A stretch of DNA of 15,893 nucleotides, taken from positions 1 through 15,893 of the forward strand of contig JAEOTE010000158.1 of assembly GCA_016839945.1 (NCBI GenBank), read 5' to 3'. Under the pieces are notes generated by a model. It ran no database searches. It saw only the letters and a program-made list of their open reading frames with translations, and was not told the origin of the DNA. Made by a program: the position numbers and the translations under genes. This stretch comes from Candidatus Heimdallarchaeota archaeon. GTDB lineage: Archaea; Asgardarchaeota; Heimdallarchaeia; Heimdallarchaeales; Heimdallarchaeaceae. Positions 15,678-15,893 of this stretch are shown one piece after another. Positions within the stretch are counted from its first letter, which is position 1. Each line of letters opens with the position of its first letter.

Positions 15678-15893
15678 ATGAAAAAAGTTAATTTTCTTCT
15701 AATTCTCACTCTCACTTTATCGCTTCTTTCTTCTACATCATTTTACACATCTCCAAATTCCAGTTTTAAAAATCAGATATATCCAAACTCTAGTGGAATT
15801 TTGAGCACAAATCTAACTGTACATCTGAAATTTATAGGCTTTGATAGTAATTATGTTAATGAAGAAGAAATCGAAACTATGCTTCCTAATGAG
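15678..15893 (+). CDS. Secreted/surface protein, N-terminal 72 aa (runs off the window; not in the ORF track)
   Basis: Open from ATG 15678 to the window end: MKKVNFLLILTLTLSLLSSTSFYTSPNSSFKNQIYPNSSGILSTNLTVHLKFIGFDSNYVNEEEIETMLPNE. It has the basic n-region and hydrophobic h-region of a signal peptide and three N-x-S/T sequons. Confidence 0.75.
   Translation, partial: MKKVNFLLILTLTLSLLSSTSFYTSPNSSFKNQIYPNSSGILSTNLTVHLKFIGFDSNYVNEEEIETMLPNE

Noticed and set aside
1-15893. tRNA/rRNA, CRISPR array, IS or integrase
   Set aside because: Intergenic gaps are short and AT-rich with no GC-rich structured segments, regular repeats or transposase/recombinase motifs.

Overview
AT-rich, densely coding window with 11 complete CDSs and two CDSs cut by the window edges. 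It is probably archaeal, and an Asgard/Heimdallarchaeia-like origin is an inference only. The clues are TATA-like boxes about 25-35 nt before start codons, an archaeal-type RlmF-related methyltransferase and sequon-rich secreted protein sequence. From left to right: a 5'-truncated gamma-class N6-adenine DNA methyltransferase; an alpha/beta hydrolase; a sulfate-activation module (cysQ, fused sat-cysC PAPS synthase, TauE/SafE permease); and a surface-glycan block (TagF/sialyltransferase-like GT-B protein, UDP-HexNAc 6-dehydrogenase, WecB 2-epimerase, GT4). Then come an RlmF/METTL16-like methyltransferase with a non-canonical FPPIY motif, a GT-C membrane glycosyltransferase, an MFS transporter fused to a C-terminal DUF47/PhoU-like domain, and the start of a secreted protein missed by the ORF track. 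The best candidates for new biology are the MFS-DUF47 fusion and a putative PAPS-fed sulfated, HexNAc-uronic-acid surface glycan locus. No RNA genes, CRISPR arrays or transposases were seen. All family calls come from motif recognition by eye; no database search was run.
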